From the NCBI GenBank assembly GCA_030265395.1, contig JARFYF010000119.1:6977222-7041221 (forward strand): a stretch of DNA of 64,000 nucleotides. The letters run 5' to 3'. Made by a program: the position numbers and the translations under genes. Below are positions 51,810 to 64,000 of this stretch, piece by piece. This stretch comes from Rhina ancylostomus. Lineage: Eukaryota. Every line of letters begins with the position of its first letter. Position 1 is the first letter of the stretch. A model generated the notes under the pieces. It had not been told where the DNA came from. It saw only the letters and a list, made by a program, of their open reading frames with translations, and searched no databases.

Positions 51810-52325
51810 TCATTCATAGGGTGAGGACATCCTTGGCAGAGCTAGCATTCGTTGCTTATTCTGAATTGCCTTTGAGAATGTGGGGGTAAGCCATCTCCTT
51901 GAACAATGGCGCATACGAAGACAATTCAATAATGTTATTAGGTAAGGAGTTGCAGGACTACACCTAGCAACAATGAAGAAAAGGCAAGATGCTGAACTTA
52001 GCGGGGAGTATGCAGCTAATGGTGTATCCAATGTGCCTGCTGCCCTTGCCCTTCTAGACTGGAAGGATCAAGTATTTTGGAGGGCTAAGAAGCCTTTGTA
52101 AGTTGTTGCAGTGCATCTGGTAAATGTTAAATACTACAGGTGCAGTGCATTGGAGATAGAATGAGTGCATGTTAAACGTGATGGATGAGTTACAAATCAA
52201 GTGGAGTACTTTGTCCTGAAGTGTAATAAACCTACTGAGTTGGAGCTATACTCATCCACGCAAATGGAAAGTATTTCATCATACTTCTGACATATACTTT
52301 CTAGATGGTGAAGATACTTTGGGGA
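51810..52325 (-). mobile_element. 3' end of the CR1-clade family seen at 30.6 kb
   Basis: Colinear with 30590-31100 (tgctgcccttgcccttctag, aatcaagtggagtactttgtcctg, actcatccacgcaaatgga). Confidence 0.75.
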
Positions 52326-53140
52326 GTGAGGATTCAGGAGGAGAGTTAGACTTTGCAGAGGTAAGGCCCGGGATCTATTTTAGGATTTGTAAATAAAAAC
52401 TTGGATATTAAATATAATTTGGAAGAGAAGCAAAAGATGTAACCAAACGTCATGGCAGTGATACTTACTGCAAAAGCATATGCAGCCAGCATAGTTTCTG
52501 AATTTGGGCAATGGATATGGAAATAATTGAAGTTCAAAAGTGGGTATGACAAAAATGTGGATAACAGTGACAATGGTGGTAATGTAGTAAAGGAGCAGCC
52601 ACTGTTGCCTAGTTACACAAAAGACAGCTATGAACATGTGACAAAGATCAGCAAAAAATTAAATAGAACCCAAGATGTGCACCATCAAAATGAAATCCTG
52701 ATGTAGAGGGTGGAACTGAGAATTTAGGCGCACTCTGTGGAGTGGGGAACAAAAGAGGATGACTTTCATCTTGTCTATATTATTTTTGGTTTTTTGCAAG
52801 TCGATAACTGACAAGAACCCAAAAAGATCATTGATGGTCAAGGAGACAAGGTTGGAAAGGGTAATCTGTTGACAAAAAACAGGGAGGATCCATGGGTGGA
52901 AACATGGTCAATCCTGAAATGACTACATGGAGGCAAGAGGAGAACTAATTGCAGAGACGCCCATTTTAAAAGAAGTAGGATTGGAGCCAAGCAAGATCAT
53001 TTGTTTAAGGTAAATGAGGGATGAATGTGTTAAAGAGTGTGTTGAACTCTGTGAGAAGGGTAGAGAGAGATAATGTTTAACAACTGCAGTCCAGTGGAAC
53101 GTAATCATCAACTTTGAATACGCAATGTTTTACCTTTTAG
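52325..53140 (-). mobile_element. Old L2-like LINE fragment
   Basis: Purine-rich, with gatgactttcatcttgtctatatt, gtcaaggagacaaggttgga and gtggaacgtaatcatcaac (reverse complement of a decayed YADD region). Confidence 0.5.
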
Positions 53141-54199
53141 AATGAGAGAAATGGAACAATACAAGTCCATACAGAGAACAGTGGAAGAAAGAAATCTGCC
53201 CATTCTCAATTTCAATGCATTCTTGGTTAGTTAAAATAAGAAGATTAAAGTTCTGCTGGGGATTGAAGAGAACAGTAGGATTGAGAGTGTTTTGAGGAGG
53301 GAATTGATGAGGAAGGAAATTTTAAAGGGACAAAGCAGTGCCCGGGGAAGGAAACAAAATGTCAGGAGGCCTTGAATGCAGAAAAGAGACAGATGCAGTC
53401 AGGAGCTAGGCTAGGCTTGGTTGAAAAATATAGACAAGCTAATTTACTGCTCCAAGTAGAAACTTCATGCAGAGAATTCACTGAAACATGCAAGTTAACT
53501 GTAAACAGGAACGTCTCTACTTCTTTGATTTTCAGACATTGAACAACATAAACCTCACTCTGGGGATGTTACGAAAGCTATTAACACCCTTTTATCTTGA
53601 GGACTGAAACTAAGCACTCAACTGCCTTAGTTTCCTCTTCCTCTTCATCCCCAAAACTCTAGTCACTTCTTTCCAGAAGCAAGCCTTGACTGCAGATCAC
53701 TTGATGCTCATCCAAATTCAGAAACACATGCCAATTTTCCCCATTAACGTGTTATACCAAAATTTACAATGAATCATTTGGAATTAAAAAAAACCAAGTA
53801 GATGAGAAATCATGAGCTTGAGGGAAGAGCTGAACATATATTCCTTCTTTAAGTTAAAACATGAAGACATTATATTATTATTCAGGCACATTAGGCACAG
53901 CATGTTTAACAAAAATATTGGTGGAATAGTTTTGAGTTCGAATACAAAATTATTCAGATGCCATTAAGATTCATTCAAAAATATGGAAAATTGTAAGTTT
54001 CAGCAAAATTTCTTTTTTAAGATCACTAATGAATAGTTGGCGCAAACACAAGTAATGTGACTTGGAAATTTAGAAAATTACAGAATTGGCATCAGTTCAG
54101 GAAATATGCATAAGCTGTAATTTTGTATTTTAAATGCAGTGGCAGATGCTTCTTTTAACAGGGATTTGTAGAACGAACATACAAGTTTGAGTCAATGTG

Positions 54200-54567
54200 G
54201 ACATAGAACACTATAGCACAGTACAGGCCCTTCAGCCCACAACGTTGTGCCGACATTTTATCCTGCTCTGAGATCTATCTAACCCTTCCCTCCCACATAG
54301 TCCCCTATTTTTCTATCATTCATGTGTCTATTTAAGAGTCTCTTAAATGTCCCTAATGTATCTGCCCCCATAATTTCTGCCAGCAGTGTGTTCCACGCAC
54401 CCACCACTCTCTGTGTAAAAAAACTTACCCCTGACATCCCCCTTATACCTTCCTCCGGTCACCTTAAAATTATGTCCACTCATGTTAGCCGTTGTTGCAC
54501 TGGGAAAAAGTCTCTGACTTTCCACTCGATCTATGCCTCTTATCATCTTGTACACCTCTATCAAGTC
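54200..54567 (-). mobile_element. Young CR1 3' end
   Basis: ORF LIEVYKMIRGIDRVESQRLFP..GHNFKVTGGRYKGDVRGKFF; tail gggctgaagggcctgtactgtgctatagtgttctatgt. Confidence 0.92.
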
Positions 54568-55384
54568 AATAACTATATAAGAACAGCCGGTCTTATGCCC
54601 AGATTTCCCATTTTATGGGCAAGGTACTGCTGGATTATCACTTTGGCTCAAGTCTGAGAATTTCTTCATAGGATCTATAAGGTAGTACTAAAGTGGCATT
54701 GGCCAATCAGGACAACTCCTGGAGAAATTCCTAGAGTTGTTACATCTACTTTGTTTCAGTACAATCCATCATGTTAATTGATGTATTACTCTACAAAAAG
54801 TGCAGCACAATTTTCAGATCACAGTATTTTATCCAGGACCAAGTTATATTAGTGAAACCATTCCCCATCTATTTATATTTACTCAATCAGAGCCCAAATT
54901 GAACAACATTGCATTTTAGTTGATGCCCCTGCAGCACTAATCAAATGCATGGTAACTGTTTGTGCTATTAGAGATTGCGAGTTCATACAATCAAGATAAA
55001 TTGCTGAAATATAAAGTATGGTTTCAGCAAGTATCACAAAAGCTGACTGTTAATAATTGGTTATTTGTTAAATGCATTAGTATCTTTGATTTACAAGGGG
55101 TAATGTACCATTCTGGCTCATTCCTAGGTTTGTAGCATCAAATAGAATAACGCTTTTACAAGAGCTTAGCTTTACTTGTTGGCTCACTAAAAAAATTTGG
55201 ACTGCAATTTAAAAAATTGAATTTAAAAAAAAATCAGATTTTAGACCTACTGTCTGCAAGACCCACAAAATACTCCTGTCACTGGTAAATTTAGATTTAT
55301 AAATACAATCTTTTATCTAGCACAGTATACTTATTGCATAAAATGTAGCATTCTTTATTCTAGTGAGAAATAGAAATTTTGATT

Positions 55385-56215
55385 TAAACATAGAAAATGC
55401 AGGAAATAAGCAGTGTCAGGGAGCTATGGAGAGAGGAACAGAGTTAATGTTTCAGATCAACAGCCTTTTATCAAAACCAGGGGAAGTTGGNNNNNNNNNN
55501 NNNNNNNNNNNNNNNNNNNNNNNNNNNNNNNNNNNNNNNNNNNNNNNNNNNNNNNNNNNNNNNNNNNNNNNNNNNNNNNNNNNNNNNNNNTGGACAAAAG
55601 AAATTTTAAGCAAGCTTCAGTTCAAGCAGATTAAGAGACAAAGGAATATCAGAGGGAAGAAAGAATGAAAGGGAAGGTCTGGGATGGGGGAGGACAAAGT
55701 TAATGGCGGTGGGCCAAGGAAAGAAACGAAAGGTGGTTTGGAAAAGGCATGAATGGGAAATAACAGGATCATGACCACAGTTTTCATCCAAGAAAATGGT
55801 GAGTGTGGTTATGATCTGAAAGGGCTGCACTCAGTGTTGAGTCTTCAAGGGTGAAATATACAGTTCCTCAAGCTTATGTTGAGGAATCACACTGCAGTTG
55901 TTCTTCCCAGTGTATGGGGGACATTTGCAGTGCAGCTTACTGAACCAATTGTGGTACATAAATTGCTACTTCACCCAAATGAAATGGTTTGAATTTCGGA
56001 AACTGAGAGGAGATAAAAATATTATGATGGGGGGGGGGGGGGATGATTCAGGAGTCATGAAGGGAATTGATCGTTTGAAAGATTTAAAGGAAGGAGGGCA
56101 TGATATGTTTGCTGGTTTCATAAAGCTGTAAGTGGTAGAAATAACAGTGCATGATCATTGAATATAGGGCCTGTGGGTTGGAAGGTGAGGACAAGGGGAA
56201 CCTTATCATAGAAAT
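55385..56215 (-). mobile_element. Penelope-like element remnant
   Basis: pLTR end (agaggaacagagttaatgtttcagatc), decayed KLEE..F region near 55860, and ggtgaggacaaggggaaccttatc (reverse complement encodes DKVPLVLT). Confidence 0.7.
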
Positions 56216-56459
56216 CCAATCCCTCTATCCTGCACAAGGGACTATGCTTCTTTCTTAAATTAAGATTCTATCCGACACCATAGACTGTCTGGCTGAACTT
56301 TTTTCCTGTATCCTTCTTTCCCTGTCTGTTGAATGTGATTTGTCACAAAGAGAAAGAGATGGGCAACACAAGTTCTTAACATACTTGGTGCTTAGACAGT
56401 GCAACTTACTGATGTATCAAGTGGTCAAGGCAAATAGCATGGAACCATTTCATGGGGCA

Positions 56460-56895
56460 TCATGGTAAGCATGCAAGGGAGAAAGGAAAGGAAGAGAATG
56501 CTGAAAGGGTCAAATGAAATAGGCTGCGATTAAGCTTGTTTGGACCATAAATGCTGACATAGACCAGATGGATCAACTGCCCTGTTCGTCCTTTAAATAC
56601 TTTGTAACTCCATGAAATGAGGGAGCATAGACAAAGGTTTGTCACCCCACAGTTCATATATAGATGAAAAATTTCTTTACACGAAGATTGGTGAATAATT
56701 GGATGTCGCCGCCACACAGTTGAGTCAGATAACGTCAGTACATTTGCAATGAGACTTCATTGGAATAGAAGGTCATGGGTGGTGAGCAATGGTGGACTTG
56801 AAGGAGGTAATTAGAGGGCGAGGAGGCCTGTGTTGAATATAAACACTGCACCAGGTGCATTAAATGGCCCACTTCTATGTTGCAGATTCTATGTA
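56460..56895 (+). mobile_element. Two decayed CR1-like 3' tails
   Basis: ataaatgctgacatagaccagatgg..cctgtt and gcctgtgttgaatataaacactg..aatggcccacttctatgttgcagattctatgtaa. Confidence 0.55.
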
Positions 56896-59800
56896 AGTCT
56901 TTGTTTTTGATTGGTTCTAGGTATCACACCATTCTCAATGGCTAGAGGAAAGCAAGCCGATAAAGGCAGATTTTCATTAATACAAGATATTCTTGCTCAT
57001 CCAGTGATCGCTAGACATGCCTTACCTAAAAGACACACCGAAGTTTGATGTCTCTTTCCAAATCTGCTGTTACATTCAAACAAAGAGGAATTCCATATTT
57101 TTTGGTGCTGCTGTCTAACTCATGTTTATGCCAATGATATCATCCTATTTAAGTGATAGAAGGAACATTCCTCTGCCACGGACTAACCTGCCTTTGTTGG
57201 GTAGTTCTGTCCTTCAGTAAATACTTGGAAGTTGTCATGAGGTCGTAGTGATGGGATATCTGACTGGTCTTATATAAAAGGAAAACAGTGGAACTGGTAA
57301 CTATTCTATTAAAGATGATAAGCCCAGCTACAGTCCGGTACATACATGCATATATTAAGCAGAAGGTGCACAAGAGTTAGTTGATTTAACAATCTTTCTC
57401 TATAATTTCTTTTGGCTGACCTGTTAAGGATTAACTGCAAATATATTAGTATCAGTCAGTCTCTCATCACCAAGTACACATTGAATGACACTTCCTCCAG
57501 ACTAACCACAGAGTCCAAACTATGTCAGTGGAAATAACCAGTGAGATAGAGTGATTACATACAACAAAGAAAATAACATTAAAAAAAGGACAGGATGTTA
57601 CTGGTAGTAGCAAGCTGATATTTTAAAACAATAAATGAGAAACATATTCAGTGATGTTTGCAACAAAGAATTTTACTACATCAAAATATAACAAAAGGTC
57701 ATGTATTTTCATGGTGAAGCAATAACAAGACATGTGTGGAAGGAAAGCGTATTCAAGTGTATGGCTTTCCTGTTGATAGTGACTTGCCTTGCAGTAGGTT
57801 TGGTTGTGGCCAGGCCTACTATCAAAGATTGCAAAACATTTTTCAAAATAATCATACATCATTCTGACATCTAAAGCTTTTTCTAACACTTTTTATCTCA
57901 CATAGATAGCTTAATGGCAGTTTTTCTAAGCGAGCTACCTTTCCTACAAGCTGACATGTAAATCATTTTACTTACACAATCTGAACATTAACAATTAACT
58001 GTGTTCAAAAGCAACACCTAGTTTAACATTTGAGAAGATATCATATATTCACACCGTTGGATAATTGTTCAACAGTCAAAGCCAATGGCCAGATATATCA
58101 CAAATAATCCAATTCACTGAAGCAGAGACAGGGGCAAATTACAAGTTACTACACACAGTAATTTATAATCCAGTAATGAAGGCAGGTTTAAAATAAATTA
58201 TGTTTATGCAGTCTCTTTCACCAAAGTCTGAAAATGACATAGTCCATAAAATTTAGTTGCTGCTTAAAACTTCATGTCATGTTACTTCTCCTCAATATAA
58301 TTGCTAAATGCTGTTATTCTTAAATTTGAAGACCACTTTTTTCTTTGAAATCCAAGCAATTTCTTTAATTATAGTTTATTATTATAAACACCATAGTAGC
58401 ATTGTCACATCACAATCCAAATCCCCAAGCATAAATTTATGAAGATCCAGTTACTCAGTTGGATTGAAAACAATACTTCCACAAATGATTAAATATTCTG
58501 CACAACAGGACTATCTGCAAACTCAAAAGTGCATCCATCTAGACAAATTAAAATAAATAGAGCTATGGCCTCAGGCATCAACTTTCTGCTTCAGTATAGA
58601 TTAAACACAAAGTATTTTTAACAAATCCCACAGACATCAGCTTTCCATGTGGCTTGTACTTCACAAACAAATGCTACCATGGAATAATGGACATTTCATA
58701 AAGACATCCCAGAATCATAGAATGGTCCAAAACCATGGAGTTAGCAAGATGATTAAAAACTTAAGTCAATCCAAGAAGTACATTCCTATTTTTTTGTTAC
58801 AGGAATGTCATTAACTGACTCAATCATTTTATTCCACCTGGCCCACAAACTCGCTGTTGTCCCACACCAAACTCACGTTAGGTGAACAGGTCACACAGCT
58901 TCCGTTAGAGTGGAGTTGTCTCTTAACCAGATAACTGAATATCACATTTTGAAAACAGTTTGTTTCAAGTTTAGCCAAGACTGAGTACTGGGTTATTATA
59001 ATAAAACTTTAAATCAGCTGAATTTTTATTATTCAGTTTTCAGTTAGGGAAAAAATGTGTTTTCTAAATATAGTACATTCAATAGGACATTGTCCATGAA
59101 ATATAGAGTTTAACAAGTTCAATAAAAATATAAAATTGCTCTTAACATTTCCTCTGACTCAGTCCATTTTCTTTTCCGCCCTAGAACTGGTCTATGCTGT
59201 CCTATAAGGTTTCATTCTGTGAACCAGATCACGAAGCCTTTTCATAAATAGGTTAAAATGGCTGAATACAATAACTGAGGGCTTGTTGACAAGTAACTGA
59301 GTGGACAGTTAGTTTACATATGAGACTAACGTGGTGGATTTGGGATACAGTTTTATGACAAATGCATTCCCAAATTCAATCTCCTGATACAACAATCTGT
59401 CACATAGAATAAGTATGAACTATGTTTGAATTCATTAAGCTGCTTTATATTTTCCCAAGACATAAGAAGATTTATTTTTATTAAAAAGATACAGATAGGC
59501 ATGAAGATCTATTGAAAAATGTCTTGAGTGGATATGAAAATGAACTATCTTCACAGAAATGTGATCATTTCTGGTTCAGGGAAGCCCACAATCCCATTCT
59601 AGTAGTTAAAAGAATATAAATAAAGAAATTAAATGTTTAGTTGAGTTGCTGACCATACTGTGTAATATTCCAGCAGTGAATGAGGGGATGTTCAATTTAA
59701 TGCCTTACTCTTATGAAATTTCATAAACCATTTTATAGTTTTCTTTCAAAACTTATGCAGCCAAGAAGAAAATATAAAACATAATTTTTAGTGGGTATGA

Positions 59801-59978
59801 GACAACAGTAGGTCACAGGATTCTGTGTGGAACACAGGGAAAACAAAAAGTATTTGACCTGGGACCTTCAAATATACTTCCATGAGATTGATAAAGGTCT
59901 AGCAAGTGGATATCTGCCCAATCCTTTACTGTGCAGTACTTAAGAAGAGGGGAAAAAAATATCCAGAAGACCGGAATG

Positions 59979-60024
59979 ACAAAAACCTTCTAGCACGACA
60001 AAAACCTTCTAGCACAACAAAAAC
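59979..60024. repeat. 19-bp tandem duplication (about 2.4 copies)
   Basis: acaaaaaccttctagcacg / acaaaaaccttctagcaca / acaaaaac. Confidence 0.85.
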
Positions 60025-60548
60025 AAGCCACCCCCACCCCGACCAACCTAAACTATCATGGACTTGTATTGCCTTCTGAGAAATTCCTTCCTGATCTCTG
60101 AAGGCAATAAACAAAATCAAAGTATACATCTATTTATATGTCTTCACTGTACAGCCCAGGCTGGTCAAGGCACCACACACCTTCTCACTCCACAGAGCTT
60201 CTGCTTAGCTTCTGCTCTATTTAACCTTTAATTTCCAATCCACATGAGGCAAAAAAAATCCATGCATGTTGATCCATTTTTATTTTATTCTTATGACCTC
60301 TGGTTCAGAATTCACAATCCAAATTAAATGATGTGTTTTATCTCTGTGCCTATCAATATTTAAAATAAAATCTATATCATTCTTTCATCACTTCTTTCTC
60401 TAATAAAAGTGAGTTCAGATCTACTGGGATTTTTCTAAATTAGAACGAGAAATGACAATTACATTCTTGAATTATCCCTGCCACAGAAGAGCTGGGGAAG
60501 GAGAATGGCTAAAATGGATAAAAATAGACTCTTTACATTAACGCTTAC

Positions 60549-60893
60549 CTCTTCCCACACTGACATCAAAGGCTTTGGTCCAGTTTCCATCATTCATGAT
60601 AACTTGACAGTGATATCTTCCCATATCATTTGCTGTCACATTCTGTATGATTAGACTGATGTTTGGAAAGTGTGAGCAGCTACACTGGATTCTTTCCTTG
60701 TAGTCATAGCCAATGAATAATGATGAACTTGTGAAGTCTTGATGAAATATTGTGTTTATTTCTTCTTCAGTCACTTGTTTCCACATCACCTGTTGAACAT
60801 GGCTCCCATTTGGATTTTCACAGAATAAGGTCATATTGCTCCCTGGTACCAATTGTATGTGAGTGTCTGCTGCTCGACCTCTGGAAAATTTTG
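60549..60893 (-). CDS. CD226: CD226 (DNAM-1)-like, Ig V-type domain 2 exon
   Basis: 345-nt exon, phase 1 at both ends. Acceptor actaat..ttttaaag|CA; donor AGAG|gtaagc. Translates xKFSRGRAADTHIQLVPGSNMTLFCENPNGSHVQQVMWKQV...ERIQCSCSHFPNISLIIQNVTANDMGRYHCQV...FDVSVGR, with B-strand Cys, C-strand Trp and DxGxYxC. Resembles human CD226 D2 (PGKNVTLTC..VQAVRW..CSH..DSGLYRC). An alternative phase-1 acceptor 12 nt further into the exon (ccagag|gt) cannot be excluded. Confidence 0.88.
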
Positions 60894-61279
60894 CTTTAAA
60901 ATATTTTAAAAAGGCAATTAGTACAACACAATTTGATATCTTGTATCATCATGTTCAAATTTTGAGTCAGTTTGAAGTGAGCTAGATTGCTTTAGTTCAC
61001 TGCATCATTGTCAGCAGATGGTTAGCTTTGAGTTGGAAAAATGTAGACATTTTTTCTAAAAAAAAATTAAAAGATTGGAGAACTGTCATCTATGGCCTTC
61101 TCAGTAACCAATTAGCTAGCAGTTTCAATCACTTCAAAGCAACAAGATGTTCTGAAGTCATAAACTTGCCAGTTGGTACTAATTAACAATTTGATTGGGT
61201 TGGCGCAACTGCATGACTACTTGATGGTAAAGCATCAGGATTGGAATATAACTTTGAGAAGAACATTGTATCACATATA

Positions 61280-61870
61280 CTTGCTGGAATAGAGAATTGT
61301 TGAATTCAATGTTTGGTCCCAAGGACTGCGGCATGCCCAGTTGGAAGATGAGATGATCTTCCTCAAGTTTCATTGAAACAGAGGAACTCTGCATTCCTAA
61401 TTTCAGATAAGCTGCCTTCTGTGTTTGAAGACCCTCATCCTGTAATTTTAACTAAATTTTTTTCTCCCCACCATTGCAGCTGACATAAGAATTCCCAAAA
61501 CTCTCACTTTTATTTCAGATTTCCAGCAACTGCAATGTTTAATATCTCACTATTCTATGACTTTTTTTCTCTCTCCTCTGTCCATTTTCATCTTCCTCAA
61601 TCTAAAGTGCAACTGCAATGAACAAGCCCCCACCACACTCTTTACAACCACAACTATGGCATTTACTCTCTCTGGTCTCTACCCTCTCATAGGCATTCCC
61701 TTTGACTTCTCCACCTCTCAAACTTCTCTACCAGGTAAAGCATGTTTAATTTCTAAGGTATTTAGTTCTGATGAAAGATCATCAACCTCAAGCACTAACT
61801 CTGTTTCTCTCTCCACAGATGCTGTCCAACCTGCTGAGTATTTCTAGCATCTATAGTTTTATGATTTTAG
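61280..61870. mobile_element. Penelope-like element remnants
   Basis: Minus-strand MKLEEDHLIFQLGMPQSLGPNIEFNN matches the Penelope GIY-YIG C-terminus (KLEEQHLIFRLG..P.G.NIEF); plus-strand pLTR end with decayed hammerhead at about 61763-61801. Confidence 0.78.
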
Positions 61871-62199
61871 ATTCCAAGAAGACTTCTCTGAGAATTACCA
61901 TGCCAGAGTTGTGGATAAATAGTCCAATTTGTCAGATCACTGGTCCCATTCTGTTCTTCCTGACATAGATGGTCATCTTGTCTCAATGCCTTCTCTTATT
62001 ATAGTTTCATGTTCCCACTCTTTGGTTGATACCTTGGTCAACTAGTATTTTACTATACCTAAATTCCAGTGCCTTCTCCAAATAATCTTCAGTCATACAC
62101 AGCTTTCTATTGGACCTAAATTGTGCACCCTTATCTCCAAGTCCTTTATTCCAAAGGTAAGCTCCCAAAGCTTTCTTAAATCCTTGAACTTTTGTCCAG

Positions 62200-63326
62200 A
62201 TTCTTAATGAGCATTGCAAAAACCCAACACCCTTTCCAATTTTCCATTAGGACGTCATCACATTGGCCTGCACTTGTTTATCGACTGGCTTTATGTAGCC
62301 CTTGCAATCTTCTACTTTGAAGAAATGAGCTATCCTTCAACTTGTTCAGTGGCTTGCACCCTATCTGCTTTGATTTTTGCTGCAGTGTTTTTCCACTGTG
62401 TCTATGCCGAGCACCTTTCCCATGGCCACATCCTTTCTGTGATTTCACTTCTGACCCTCTCAGGCACTTTTCATCTCACCTTGTACCATTGGTTCACTGT
62501 GTTATCCCTTTTCCCAGAGGTCAGGCATCTGTCCCTCCTTCACTTCAGTGTACCCAATCAAAAGCCAAGCAAGTGATTCTGGAGTAAAAGGAGACCTGCC
62601 TGACTGCTCCTACACATTTTCCACTCCACCAGTCATGGAGCTCAAACAAATTTTTCTTAGTCCAAGTACTCTAATCCAGTCCCTTCCCAATATCATTGGT
62701 TTCTGGATGTAGTCTGCTACAATTACCAGCAGCTCCACTGCCTCGTCATTTTGAGCTGCTGTACACCTTGTTGTTCTTGGTGTTCCCCATATTCATCCAA
62801 AATACGTGCACAGTAGGACAATGGTCTTAGCAACTACTTAGATAAAGTAGTCTCTCACACAATTACTGATTTTTCTGCTGTAGTATCTCTTAATTTAAAT
62901 TTCCTTGTCTTCTCACATGAACACCAATCAGCATGCCTTCCTTCATGTCTTTATTCATTGCTATTATTTAAGGTACCTCTTGGGCTTTGGTCTGCAACTT
63001 TGTTTCCCCAGTCTATGAGGCATACGCAAACTGTAGATTGCCATATTTTCTTTCTGCTCTTGCAAACTTCTGCTACATGTCCTGTTTTATTGCAATTATA
63101 ACAGCAAGCTGTTTGGAATCGCAAATGGTGGTACAAATACACCCTTAACACCATGTGCTTTGAGGTTTTTCACCTTCAGAGTCCATGTGGTTTGTTGCGG
63201 TCCTTGTTGGCTCTCATGTAACCAGGGTCCCGTGAAGAAGACATGGTCAATGCGCCCATTATTGCTGCTGTAACACTGTGCAGTGCTCTGATATTTGCAT
63301 CCTTAGCTGACCAAAGCTTTCTGTCA
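62200..63326 (-). mobile_element. Gypsy/Ty3 gag-pro remnant
   Basis: Zinc knuckle CYNCNKTGHVAEVC (CX2CX4HX4C), gag-like RKLWSAKD, and protease C-terminal ILGRDWIRVLGL; many stops and frameshifts. Confidence 0.8.
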
Positions 63327-64000
63327 NNNNNNNNNNNNNNNNNNNNNNNNNNNNNNNNNNNNNNNNNNNNNNNNNNNNNNNNNNNNNNNNNNNNNNNNNN
63401 NNNNNNNNGATACTGTATCACTACAGGAGCAGAAAATACTCATTGCCATAAGATTATTTTTTATGGGTAGATTAGTTATTACTTCTCCATAATTACATTT
63501 TATGTGCCTTTACTTTCCCTTGTGCTCTATCTTAATGTATCTGATGACAACTCACTTCTATATTTTAACATGCTTTAAAGGAACAGATTGATGATGTCTG
63601 AATCGCAGTAACAGAGACAGAAATAAATGAGAATGCATTAATGGCAATAGTGGGCCATCAGCCACAAATGGAATTGAATCCCATTCCCCTAATTCCTACA
63701 AATGTAATGTTTTACTTCATTGCAAATTATTCACAAAGCCATTTCATGCACCCAGTGTGGATTCTTCCAGAGGATAATTGTACCCAGGGAGGATAAAAGG
63801 GAAACTCATGTGGAAAAAGAAGCCTGAAGGAACTGGAACCAATTCCACTGGATCCAGAAGACCCAAGATGAAATGTAATGGAAGCTTTTTAAATTATAGA
63901 AGGTATTGGTAAAATATGGGAAGAAAGGCCATCCCCTCTAGCTCTGAGTCAGTAACACAGGGCCATCAATTTAAAATTGATAAGAAAAAGAAGGATTAAG

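Noticed and set aside
57149-57373. Hydrophobic ORF as candidate CD226 TM exon
   Set aside because: Interrupted by charged and polar residues with no convincing splice pair; 48450-48531 fits phase and hydrophobicity.
60894-64000. CD226 leader and Ig domain 1 exons
   Set aside because: No Ig motif seen; the region is Penelope, Gypsy and CR1 debris, so these exons are probably beyond the window.

Overview
Vertebrate (eukaryotic) genomic DNA from a gapped scaffold, with many N-runs, several exactly 100 N. The repeat content (Deu-domain SINEs, V-SINE/HE1-like SINEs, CR1, L2, Rex1, Penelope) points to a cartilaginous fish, probably a ray or shark (inference). Most ORFs in the supplied track are noise or span gaps. 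Two convergent genes can be rebuilt from splice signals. (1) The terminal coding exon of DOK6 lies on + (25857-25996); positions 1-25856 are presumably its last intron. (2) The last four coding exons of a CD226/DNAM-1 orthologue lie on -: Ig domain 2 (60549-60893), transmembrane (48450-48531), polybasic juxtamembrane (48305-48353) and a tail with a YxN motif (45060-45182). Their phases join into one continuous frame. This tail-to-tail DOK6-CD226 arrangement matches mammals. The rest is layered transposon debris. Highlights: an apparently intact minimal hammerhead ribozyme in a Penelope-derived fragment (14747-14785, -) with several decayed copies; a Penelope-derived fold-back element with a 12-bp target-site duplication; a candidate intronic-polyadenylation route to soluble CD226; altered cysteine and tail motifs in CD226; a Vingi/Ingi-like LINE fossil; a solo LTR; old palindromic elements; and a degenerate ~33-bp minisatellite. 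No prokaryotic systems or CRISPR arrays are present. Repeat boundaries are approximate and family names come from recalled motifs, not database searches.
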